Shown here in pieces: positions 49,431 to 60,073 of a stretch of 64,000 bases of DNA. The stretch is from Azolla caroliniana. Its lineage: Eukaryota; Plantae; Polypodiophyta. The notes beneath the pieces were generated by a model that saw only the letters and a list, made by a program, of their open reading frames with translations, was not told the DNA's origin and made no database searches. Where the stretch lies: NCBI GenBank assembly GCA_043228905.1, contig JBHGNT010000006.1, positions 18,476,001 to 18,540,000 on the forward strand, written 5' to 3'. The position numbers and the translations under genes were made by a program. Numbering within the stretch: position 1 is the stretch's first letter; each line of letters opens with the position of its first letter.

Positions 49431-49814
49431 GCTTCTTTGAGGTTCGTGAGCGCTGGTGAGGGATGTGTTTGAGGAGGCTCTGTGTGCGTGGGCTCGCGTC
49501 TGATGATCTTCAATCACCTGTGTGCGGTTGTGCTCCTCTGTTTGTGAAATGTGAAGACCTCCATGCGATGGGAGTTTTCTTGCTACATGTTGGCGCCTTT
49601 TTTTCTTCCCTGCGTGTGTGCACGTCGTGTACTAGACTACTATGACGTGCCATGTGGTGGCGGTTTAATACCCTATTAATAGCCCACCACGTACCTTTTC
49701 AATGTGCATGTTCACTCCTTGTTCTTGCATGTGTCCATTCACACATTGCCCTTGCATGATTTACTTTGATTTTATTTTTTGTTTTCAATCCTAAACTGTT
49801 TGGTTAATTCGCAT

Positions 49815-52800
49815 CTAGTCCCATCGGACCCCTATTCGAATTGTGGGATGATCCACAAACGCTTTCCTTCGCCACTGCTCTAGTTCTAGGTGCATGATGC
49901 TGGCTAGCCGGTGTTCTTCCAATTTGCACAACGCAGCTAACCGGATCACTTCCGATTCCTTCTCATTTAGGCGTTCTTGAATCTGTATTCGTAAACTCAG
50001 TACCTCGAACTCAACCGGCATCACTGCCTCCAATCCAAATGCTAGGTGAAACGGTGTTGTGCGGATACTTGTCTTATATGCCGTTCGATAGGCCCAGAGT
50101 GCACTGTGTAGCTTTGTATCCCAATCCGTCCAGTTCTCATTGACAATTTTTCGAAGGATGTTCTGTAGTGTTTTATTTGTTGACTCGGCTAATCCGTTGG
50201 CTTGCGGATAATAGGGAGTGCTCCGTTTGTGCACCACCGCATAGAATGTCGTCAAAATTTCCACTACTTGCCCTAAGAAGTGCCCACCTTGGTCACTTAT
50301 TAGCTCTATCGGACATCCATACCGGCACCAGATGTATTCATATAAAAATTTTGCCGTGGATGCCGCGGTGTTGTCGCGTAGTGCTTTGGCTTCCACCCAT
50401 TTTGTGCAATAATCCGTAGCGACAATCATGTACCGGTTGCCGGTTCTCATTGCTGGTGGTTTGAATGGACCGACAAAATCCAACCCCCATTTCTGAAATG
50501 GTTCTAACGGTAGCATGGGTTGGTGAGGCATCCTGGCTTGTTCGGTTGGTTGGCCCATTCACTAACATAGGTCGCATTCTTTAGCGTATCGAATTGCATC
50601 CTTCAATGTTGTTGGCCACCATAGTCCACTTTGCCATATTTTCCTTGCCATAGCGTCTCCGGCATAATGTCCTCCAACCACTCCGCAGTGTGCTTCGCTC
50701 AATATTATGTCCTTTTTGTTGCTGCGCACTGCACGCCGCCATATGCCATCTGCGCCTTTGTGGTACATGTGTCCTATAATAGACAGAAGTGACGGCTTTG
50801 AACAACTAAGCATTTCCTCTCGTCTTTGTTCATCTCCTCTAGAGGTAAGCCGGTGCTCAGAAATTGGTGCATGTTGGTGAGCCACTTGTCTTCCTTTGCG
50901 ACCGTACCATCCGTTGCCATTTCTGCTGTGACTCTAAATAGCTCTGCATTTGGGAACTTGTCTGAGACGCCGTCACCGGTTTCGCCGGAATCTAACCGGC
51001 TCAAATAGTTTGCTACCACATGTTGTATGCCGGGTCGGTGGAATATCTTGAACTCAAATTCTTGTAATAGTAACGTCCACCGGGTCAGCTTACCGGTGAG
51101 TGATGCTTTGGACACCAAATAGAGGAGCGCCGAATGATCTATGTCAAAGGAAAATTTCCTTCCCAACAGATAGTGTCTAAACTTGGTGACACTGTAGATC
51201 ATGCCCAAGGCCTCTCTTTCCGTTGTGGAATAATTACATTCTGCTTGGGACAGCTTCCAACTGGCATAATACACTGGCCTGTACCACTTCGGTTCTGTAA
51301 GTTGCATAAGCGCGCTCCCGACTGAGATGTCGGACGCGTCAACGAACACATGGAACTCTTTAGACCAATCTGGAGGTTGCACCACCGACGCTTGTGACAA
51401 TAGTACTTTTAGTGCCCGGTAAGCCTTGTCTTCTGTGTTCGTCCATTGGAATGGTGTCCGATGTACCGCGGCATGCAATGGTGTAGCTAAGTCTGCCAGA
51501 TACCGAAGCATTCGGCTATGCCACCGAATTTGTCCTAAGAACCAGCTTAATGCCTTTGCCATGGTTGGTGCCGGTGCCTCTAAAATATCTTTGACCTTGT
51601 CTGGATCCACTACAATACCGTCCTTGCTCACGATGTGGCCAAGTAACGCTCCGTTAGCCACTCCGAACACGCATTTTGCCGGGTTCGGGCTTAGCCGGTA
51701 AACCCTACATTTCTCCAGACATAGTCGGAGGTGCTGAAGGTGATCCCCTTCCCGGCTATAAACAACAAAGTCGTCCAAGAACACCTGCATGAATGCCGGA
51801 ATGAATTCTCCGAAAATCTCCATGATGATCCGCTGGAAGGTTGCCGGCGCTGTTTTCAGTCTGAACATCATAACTATGACAACAAAGACTCCCCATTCGG
51901 TGACAAAAGCGGTTTTCTCTTGGTCGTCGGGGTGCATCCGGATCTGATTATAGCCGCTGAAACCGTCTAGAAAACTGTACAACTCATGACCGGCGACCGC
52001 ATCCAGGACTCCATCCGTGAATGGAAGTAGGAAGACGTCCATTGCCATAGCCGCATTCAATTTCCGGTAGTTGACGCAAACTCTTATCTTACCGTTCTTT
52101 TTAGGTACTATGACTATCGGACTGAGCCATGTGGCTTTCTTTACCGGTCGGATGAAGCCAACCCTTAGCAACTTGTCGATTTCTTCTTTGACTTTTACTG
52201 CGTAATTTGGGTTCATCCGGTAACGCCGTTGCGCTACCGATTTGGCGTCTTTACTCAGATGTATATGGTGTTCATACAACTAAGGATCGAGTTCCTGCAT
52301 GTCCTCATAGGACCAAGCGAACACATCGCGAAATTTTTTTAGGAGTGTGATCATTGCCGTTTTGTTCTCCGAGGTCATTTCCTTGGCGATGTGAACCGGT
52401 CTTGCCTCCTCTGTGGTACCTATGTTTACCTGTTCTAGTTGGGATGCTTTTACGCGCTGCGACATTGCCATTTCTCTTTCCAGTGCCTCCTGTGCTTGCC
52501 GTAACTCCCGGATCGCTTCTTTATCTGGTTCCTCGTCGGTCCCGTTCGGTTGCAGTATGTACGGTGATACTACTTCGGCTACATCAATTTCGAACAAAGG
52601 TATGATCTTCGGATTTTCCTGTAAGTATTGATCAACCTCTTCGTCCACCAATCCTTCCAGCATGTTGACACATTCCACATATAGCGGCGTCAATTCCTTG
52701 CTGGTACCCGACCGTGGTTGAGTCGGTACTCGCACTTTCGCTTTTCCACGCCGGAACGTAATTATATTCTTTCTCCAGTTTTGCTTGATGTGTGTTGTTT

Positions 52801-52910
52801 TTAACCAAGGGCGTCCCAACAATAGTGGGTAAGCTCCTTGAGCCTATAGCTGGAGAACTACTGCCGAAATGCGAAATGTGTGACCCCCGATGGTCACTTC
52901 CAAATCACGT
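49815..52910 (-). pseudogene. PR-RT-RH-INT of the large gypsy host
   Basis: ORFs 52280-52822, 50774-52279, 50562-50885 and 49815-50558 carry gypsy pol motifs; the integrase C-terminus is missing. Confidence 0.92.
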
Positions 52911-53629
52911 TGTCGGGATATTACGCAAGTGCGTATAGAAACGATGCGGGACCGCGGGGGTCTTGAACCGAAGAGCAAGCGAGGGTGGAGAAAGAGAGAG
53001 GCCCGGTTACGCAGGACCGGGGATACACAGGGACACGACCCTTCAACACAGAGAACGCGAATAGACGCCGACACAGGTAGACGCAAACAAATGAATATAT
53101 ATCTATATATACGAGCAAGTGTCTGATCAAGAAGCTACAACCCGCGATGGGCACAGGATGGTTACAACCGAACAGGCCGGCGAACAGATGCCTATGCCTG
53201 TTCGCTGCGTCGCACAAAAGGGAGCAGGTCGGAGGTGCTGCCGGAAGCACTCGGGCGTCCCTCGAAACAGCGCGAGCCTCCTTGAAGATCTGCACAGCAA
53301 AAGCTATCGAGAAAAAGGGAAGGAGAACAGAGAGAGAAGCGTCCCCCGAATCGGTCCGACAGCACTTCGTCCTCCTCCCTTTTATCCGTCAAGAAGGAGC
53401 CGTTCGGCATTAAATTCCTACCTACCGTATCTAACCACTTCGATCCTCCTAGGTACCTAATTCGCCTCTATGTACAACTTGGCGCGCACGTGCGTGAAGA
53501 GCCGGTTCCCACGCCTTGGTGCCCCAATTCCACCCTTGGACGGTTTTCTTCACGACATCCTCCCCCACCTAACCGCGCATCCACCGGCATGCGCCAAATT
53601 AAGTTGGGACGGAGAAAACCGGCCCGCCT

Positions 53630-56600
53630 TCACTCTTCGCCCATCGGTCCTTCCTCGGTCTCGGATCGGTCGTCGCTGCTGTCTAGGAGAACCGGGTCTG
53701 GCTCGTCGTCGTGTCGCTTCTTGAAGGCTTTGATCCTCTTTCCAGCCACGGGTATCGCCATTCTCGTGCGGTCGAGTTCCGCCAGGTGATACGTCCCGTT
53801 GTCGTTGGTGCTTTGTACTGCGTACGGCCCAAACCATCTCCGTGCGAACTTCCGTGTAGCCCAGTGCTGATTGTCAAGGCTGCTGTCGTAGACGAGCACC
53901 CAGTCACCTTCCTCGATCTTCTTCGGTCGGAGCCGGTGCGTTCGGTCGAACCTGGCTTTATTCTTTGTCCTCGCCACCCGGAGTTTCTCCGTAGCCAGCT
54001 CCACGTCCTCCGGTCTCCGCTCGAGTTGTCGTATACGCGCGGCCAACAACTCCTCCCGACTCATCTCGTCCCTCCAGTCGACCACTGCCCATGAGGAGAT
54101 CGTCCGTTCCATCGGCATGATCGGCTTCTGGCCGAACATGAGCTCCGTCGGCATGTACCCGGTTACCGAACTGTGCGTAGTCCGGTCTGCCCACAAAGCG
54201 TAAGGTAGCAGCCGCGGCCAGTTACCGACTTGGCCTCCGCATGCCCGAACCAGCGCCTTAACGATCGGCCAATGTCCGCGCTCCACCTTTCCATTCGCCT
54301 CCGGATTGTACGCAGTGGTGAGCGAGAGCTTGACTCCCAGCCGGTCGAACAGCTCCGCGGCTTCTTCGGCGTCCAACTCCCCTCGGTCAGCCACGATCTT
54401 CCCGACGCACCCGTACCGGCATATCACGTCCTCGATTAGGAATCGACATACGGCCGCGGTCGTTTTGTTCTGAAGGGCTCGGCCTTCCACCTGGTTCGTC
54501 AGATCCTCCCGTGCTAGGACCAGATACCGCATCTGTCCTACCCCCATTGGCATCGTCACCAGATCTACCATCCATTTGAAGTGGATGGTCGGAGGGTACG
54601 TAGGGTGAAGCTCGTCCCGGTGTCGGACTACGGAGTGCATCTGACAATTTTCGCAAGTCGCCACGAACCGACGCACGTCTCGGTACAATCCCGGCCACCA
54701 GTACTTCCCCTTCAGTTTCTCGAACGTGGCCCACGTTCCACGGTGTCCAGCCCAAGGGCTGTCGTGGTAGGCCGCCAGCAGCTCCTCCTGTTCTTCCTTC
54801 ATCGCCACCACCCGGAGTGGGTCGCCGCTCCTCTTCTTCGGGTGTTTCCATAGATAGCCATCCCGGAGAAAGAACCGGTACGCTTTCTTCCGGATCCGGT
54901 TGGCCTCGTCTTTCGTCCATGACGCATCCGGCGCCATTGTCCTCAAGAACCCGCCGATCCGCAGCCACTCCCCGTCGTACTTGCTCGCGTCGAAGTCGTT
55001 AAGCGCCGGAGTGCTCGTCCCGTCTGTTGTTACGTATGCTGCCTCGAAGAAGTCCACGCCGACCTCTTCGTCCTCCGAAACCATGCCGCCCTCGTCATCG
55101 AACCTCGCCCTCGAAAGCATGTCGGCCATGGCGTTGTCTTTCCCGGAAATGTGTCGTATTTCCGGGTCCAGGGACTTGATGTACGCTATCCACCTGAGCA
55201 TCGCCAGGTCCGGCGTCGCGCATCCGGAAACCATGCCGAGAATTGGCAGGCAATCCGTCTCGATAATCACTTCTGTCCCGATCAGATAGTCTTTGTCGGC
55301 TTTTACCGCCGAAACGATACCCCAGAGTTCGCGTTTAACCTGGGCGTATCCTCGCTGCCGCTCACTGAGGACTTTCGCGCCGAATCGGATCGGAAACCGA
55401 TTGCCGTCCTCGTCTTGTTGGTGGACGACCCACCCGATTCCGGTCGGACTCGTGTCAACCGTTATGTATACTGGGGTGCCCTTCTTGTAGACGGCCTTCC
55501 GGAGCGCCGGTGCTGCCGAAAGAGCCTCCTTCAGCTTCCGGACCGACTCCGTGTGCTCGTCAAGCCATTCGAACCTTCACCCTTTCTTCAGCAACCCGTA
55601 CAGCGGCTCCGCGACGTGTGCGTAATGCGGGATCCATATGTGGTAAAACGCGCATGCTCCCAAGAATCTTCGTACTTCCGTGACCGAGCTGCAGTCGGGC
55701 TTCATCGCGGAGATGGCTTCTATCTTTGCCGGAGACGGTTTCCGGCCATATGGCCCACATAAGTGTCCGACCACCATGATTTCTGACTGCCCGAAGGCTG
55801 ATTTCTCCCCCGAGAAGGTGAGCCTCGCATCCTCTAGCCTTTGCAGCACCTTCTCGCAGTCGTCGATGTGCGTCGCCACGAATCGCCGGCATCCGTCCGG
55901 CCCGATCGTCTCGTCCTTCTCTGCTACCGGGCATCCCTTGATCGGGATGTCGTCCAGAAACGGCATGGTGATGTCCGGGATGCAGTCCCTCAGAACCTTG
56001 TTCATCGCATTCACCATGTGGGCCACCGAGTTGGTCCCTCCTTGCGGCAGCGTACACATCCGCACTAGGCCGAGGGGAGTTCGCATCGTCGTAATGTCTA
56101 TGCTCTCCACGGCTAGCTGGAACTGGTCGTACCCTGAGTATAGATCACCGACCGAGTAAATCGACCTTCCGGCGAAGGCCTCCGCGAACTCGTCTATGGT
56201 CGGTCCGATCCCTGCGTTCCGAATGGTCACCCTATTGACCGGTTGCAGGTCCTGAATGAAGCGCAATGATCCGTTTTTCTTTGGTACGGTAAACCATCGG
56301 TTTGAATACGGGGCGCTCGACGGCTCGAGAATGCCCATATCAACTTTCTGCTTCAACAGCTCCATCAACTTCGGGATGTGAGCTCTCGGAACCGGAATTG
56401 GCTTGAGATTCCACGGTACATGCGGTACCGTGAATATCACCATCGGCTCTACGATCGTCGGGTCTACGCACCCGATTTCCTCCGGTGAGAATGCGAAGGC
56501 TTTCCCGTGCCTTCCGAGCATTCTCCGAAACCGGTCTTCCTCCGCCGGTAGTAGGAACCCGCCCCCACCGATTTTGAGCTCCCGGAGTGTCTCGTTGGTG

Positions 56601-57112
56601 AAGGTGTGTCCTATGCAGGCCGGATCTCGTAAGCTGGGGTCCGATGCAACCCCTTTGATTCGCGACTCGCTGCCCTCCGGTAAGGGTACCGCGACTGGCC
56701 TTACCTTCCGGTCCACAGTCTTGTACTTGGTGCTTACTCGGGCCGTCCGGTCCGACTCGAGCCCCCGACCAAAGTCCGCGATGGCTTCGTACATCTCTTC
56801 GGAACATACCGGTATCGTCCGGTCTTCGTTAAGGTCCTCTTCGACTACCTTCCCCAGCATTCCCAAGGTGTCGTCGAAGGAGACCGCCTCCACGGCTCCG
56901 TTGATTTCCTCGTCAGGGCCGAGAACTCCGCACGCTCGAAGTCTCCCCTCCGTCTTTGTCTTCTCTCGGCCGGCGATGCCGACTATCGTACATGCTCCGC
57001 TGTCGGAGAAGCAAAATTTCCTACCTATTGTACACGGTCTTATCGTACAGATGTGGGGTTTTCCCGGAGCATCCGGACTGTCGCGGCCCCACGCCTTGGC
57101 AGTCCTCTCTAA
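53630..57112 (-). pseudogene. pol (RT-RH-INT) of element H, in the -1 frame relative to gag-PR, with one in-frame TGA
   Basis: Open from 57112 to the TGA at 55577-55579, then continues in the same frame through RH (ITVDTSPTGIG, KREL, ETDC, ADMLSR) and INT (H..GH..C..C, MVDLV, VADRG, ANGKVERG, WFGPY). Confidence 0.92.
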
Positions 57113-57118
57113 AAATCC
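57053..57118 (-). promoter_or_regulatory. Putative -1 ribosomal frameshift signal
   Basis: G GAT TTT heptamer directly before the gag-PR stop, 6-nt spacer, stems GGACTG/CAGTCC and GTGGGG/CCCCAC; the -1 frame is the pol frame. Confidence 0.8.
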
Positions 57119-59235
57119 TCTCGGTTTTCGGAACCGAGGGAGTCGCGGTTACGTTCGTGGTTCGGCCGTACCGTCAGAAACTGGACCGAATGGCGCCCGT
57201 CCTGGCTTTTGACCCTTGCATAGGCCGAACCGTTATTCAGCACCTTGGTCTCCATTCGCGCCGCCGTGATGTACGGCTCTCCCAATATTACCGGATGCGA
57301 GGACGTCTCCTGTACGAAGAAGTGCTGGTCAATCTCGACGTCGCCGATCTTGACCTGCACGTTCGGGCAGGCCCCGTGTAGTTCCTCGGTGGCGCGCGTC
57401 GCCGCCCGTATCTTCCACCCGTGCTTGGTGTTGATCGGCCATTTGCCCTTCTTGTAGAAGTCCATGGACATTAGGTTGATCTCCGAACCGTGGTCCACCA
57501 AAGCTACCACCGGTTCCTGGACATCTCCGATCTTCACCGGGGTTTCCGTGGTCGCTCGGGCCCAGTGTGGCCTCGAATAGTGGCTCTCCGCCCACTCATC
57601 TTCCAGCGACATGTCGTCTAGGTGCGTCGTCCGCACCTCTACCGGTCTTTCCGGTTCTACCTCCGTTGACAGCCTCTTCCGCTTCACCAAGTCCACGATG
57701 GAGTCGTGGAACTCCTTCCTGGCGATTCCTAGCACTTCCCGTAATGACAACTCCACCTTGCTGTCGAGGATCCGTTCTTCTAGGACCTTCCGCAGGTCCG
57801 TGGTCCTCTCTATTTCCGTCCCCAGTCGGTATCCGCCCTTCCTGGGGTTATCTTGCGCACTGGACCCGCCGGCCTCGTTCCGTCGTTGCCCGAACCGGGT
57901 CTCGTATCGTTGTAAGGGCCCGGTCGTTCCGGTTTTCCCCACCCGCTTCTCTTCTACCAGAGCCTCGTAGTTCTGGCAGGCGGCTTCCACGAAGCCCGTC
58001 TTTTCCTCGACCGGGTCGCTCCACCCGGTTATCTCCCGGACCCGTTTCTCCGCGCGGTCCGCTTCGTCCCCTTTCAGCCGCGTGCCGGCGAGGCCTTCCA
58101 GCATCGCCGACCAGAATCCGGCTTTGCTTTCCTTTCGGGCCTCGCTGCCCCCGACCCGAATGCCGGCCGACGCCGAGTAGTGGACGATTTCCGCATGTCG
58201 GGCCGCCGCCTCTTCCATCAGTCTCTTCATCCCTCCTTGCCCGTCGTTTCGGTTTAGGGCCCTTCTGGTGTCGCTGGCGTGCACCCGGCCTTCCCACAGG
58301 TACACCACCCGGTTCTTCAGCGCCTCCGCGAAATCGCCGCAGTCCTTCCGAATGTGGCCGACCTCGTCGCACCACATGCATCTGTTTCCCGCTGCCGGCT
58401 GTCGGTCGCGAGCCGGCTCGCCGCCTTCCCTGCGGGCTTGTGCAATTTGGAGGTCCTTTATCGCCCTCGTCAATTCCTCCAGCGCCGCTCCTCCGGTTGA
58501 GCCTCTGATCACGCCGGTCGAAGCTGAACCGGTTTCCAGCCACTCCCGGGTCTCTCCCTTTCGCACCGGCTGCGCCGGTTCAAGCTTCCTTGCTGCGACC
58601 GAGCCCGACCCGGTCGCCCCGTTATCCGCCCATTCTCGCCGTTTGTCGAAACGGCCGCAGGCTCTCTTAACCGCCGCCCAGTCGGTCGTCAGCCCGTCTT
58701 CGGGCTCCAGCAGGGCGCCCACGTGATCCCGATCCCGCTCGTCCACCGACTTGACGAACAGTAGGACCCGGCTTGTATCCAGGATCGTTCGGTCAAGCGT
58801 CGAAAGGCACGCAAAGTTTTCCTCAAACTCCCGGAGGAGTGCCGACGCGTTTCTTCCCTTCCTGGGGGACTCCACCCATTCCATGAAGCTTCGTTTCGAA
58901 AGCCGGAGCGCGTCGTCCAGCCCGTATTTCTCTAGGAGCCGACCTTCGAACTCCTCCCAGGTACGGCTCTCCGCCCGCACCTCGAGCACCTCCGCATGGA
59001 TGCTTGGCATCGCCACTCGGGGAAATCCGGCAAGACGCGTTTCTTCCGGAATGTCCCGCATCAGCATCTCTGCACCGTAGGACGCCAAGTACTTCGTGGC
59101 ATCCTTTCCGCTGAATCGGCCGATTGTACCGACGACCGCCTCAATGGCTCTGTCGAGGGCGCCGGAGCCCTCGCGTGCGTTTACTAACCGGTCAACGGCC
59201 GAAGCCATGGCCTCTGCAAGATCCGATCCCCTCAT
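57109..59235 (-). CDS. Gag-protease ORF of element H (708 aa from MRGSDL)
   Basis: Capsid-like region, zinc knuckle CMWCDEVGHIRKDC, aspartic protease LVDHGSEIN..ILGEPY; ends EDF-TAG. Confidence 0.93.
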   Translation of the reverse strand: MRGSDLAEAMASAVDRLVNAREGSGALDRAIEAVVGTIGRFSGKDATKYLASYGAEMLMRDIPEETRLAGFPRVAMPSIHAEVLEVRAESRTWEEFEGRLLEKYGLDDALRLSKRSFMEWVESPRKGRNASALLREFEENFACLSTLDRTILDTSRVLLFVKSVDERDRDHVGALLEPEDGLTTDWAAVKRACGRFDKRREWADNGATGSGSVAARKLEPAQPVRKGETREWLETGSASTGVIRGSTGGAALEELTRAIKDLQIAQARREGGEPARDRQPAAGNRCMWCDEVGHIRKDCGDFAEALKNRVVYLWEGRVHASDTRRALNRNDGQGGMKRLMEEAAARHAEIVHYSASAGIRVGGSEARKESKAGFWSAMLEGLAGTRLKGDEADRAEKRVREITGWSDPVEEKTGFVEAACQNYEALVEEKRVGKTGTTGPLQRYETRFGQRRNEAGGSSAQDNPRKGGYRLGTEIERTTDLRKVLEERILDSKVELSLREVLGIARKEFHDSIVDLVKRKRLSTEVEPERPVEVRTTHLDDMSLEDEWAESHYSRPHWARATTETPVKIGDVQEPVVALVDHGSEINLMSMDFYKKGKWPINTKHGWKIRAATRATEELHGACPNVQVKIGDVEIDQHFFVQETSSHPVILGEPYITAARMETKVLNNGSAYARVKSQDGRHSVQFLTVRPNHERNRDSLGSENREDF

Positions 59236-60073
59236 TTCCTGCTCTTCTGCCGCCTCTTTCACGTCGGGTTCACCAAGATGTCGGGATATTACGCAAGTGC
59301 GTATAGAAACGAGGCGGGACCGCGGGGGTCTTGAACCGAAGAGCAAGCGAGGGTGGAGAAAGAGAGAGGCCCGGTTACGCAGGACCGGGGATACACAGGG
59401 ACACGGCCCTTCAACACAGAGAACGCGAATAGACGCCGACACAGGTAGACGCAAACAAATGAATATATATCTATATATACGAGCAAGTGTCTGATCAAGA
59501 AGCTACAACCCGCGATGGGCACAGGATGGTTACAACCGAACAGGCCGGCGAACAGATGCCGATGCCTGTTCGCTACGTCGCACAAAAGGGAGCAGGTCGG
59601 AGGTGCTGCCGGAAGCACTCGGGCGTCCCTCGAAACAACGCGAGCCTCCTTGAAGATCTGCACAGCAAAAGCTATCGAGAAAAAGGGAAGGAGAACAGAG
59701 AGAGAAGCGTCCCCCGAATCGGTCCGACAGCACTTCGTCCTCCTCCCTTTTATCCGTCAAGAAGGAGCCGTTCGGCATTAAATTCCTACCTACCATATCT
59801 AACCACTTCGATCCTCCTAGGTACCTAATTCGCCTCTATGTACAACTTGGCGCGCACGTGCGTGAAGAGCCGGTTCCCACGCCTTGGTGCCCCAATTCCA
59901 CCCTTGGACGGTTTTCTTCACGACAACGTATTAATCTGGTCGACTGTACTGAGTGGCAGAGCAAGCATTGGGAACGCATGGTGCATTCCAGCACCGAATG
60001 TCCGTCATTCAGGCATGTTGTACATTGAATTGCTTGTTGGAAGCGGAGGTCCTCATCTGTCGGTAGTGCACGC

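Larger units (their letters stand above)
52911..59925 (-). mobile_element. Near-intact tRNA-Trp-primed Ty3/gypsy element H (candidate helper family)
   Basis: 647-bp LTRs 52911-53557 and 59279-59925 (I count ~6 differences); 4-bp TSD ACGT; PBS TGGTGAACCCGACGTGAA (rc 59258-59275); PPT rc 53558-53569. Confidence 0.97.

Noticed and set aside
55577-55579. In-frame TGA between RT and RH of element H as programmed readthrough
   Set aside because: It lies inside the RT connection region and is most simply a CGA-to-TGA deamination; I see no readthrough context. It needs checking in other copies.
59236-59454. N-terminal 73 aa of the 781-aa ORF
   Set aside because: Lies in the LTR and PBS; gag more plausibly starts at the ATG at 59235. 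The same applies to the first 19 aa of the 1376-aa copia ORF.
53119-59828. Many overlapping antisense and alternative-frame ORFs in element H (also in A and E)
   Set aside because: Expected shadow ORFs of GC-rich coding DNA; no recognisable motifs.
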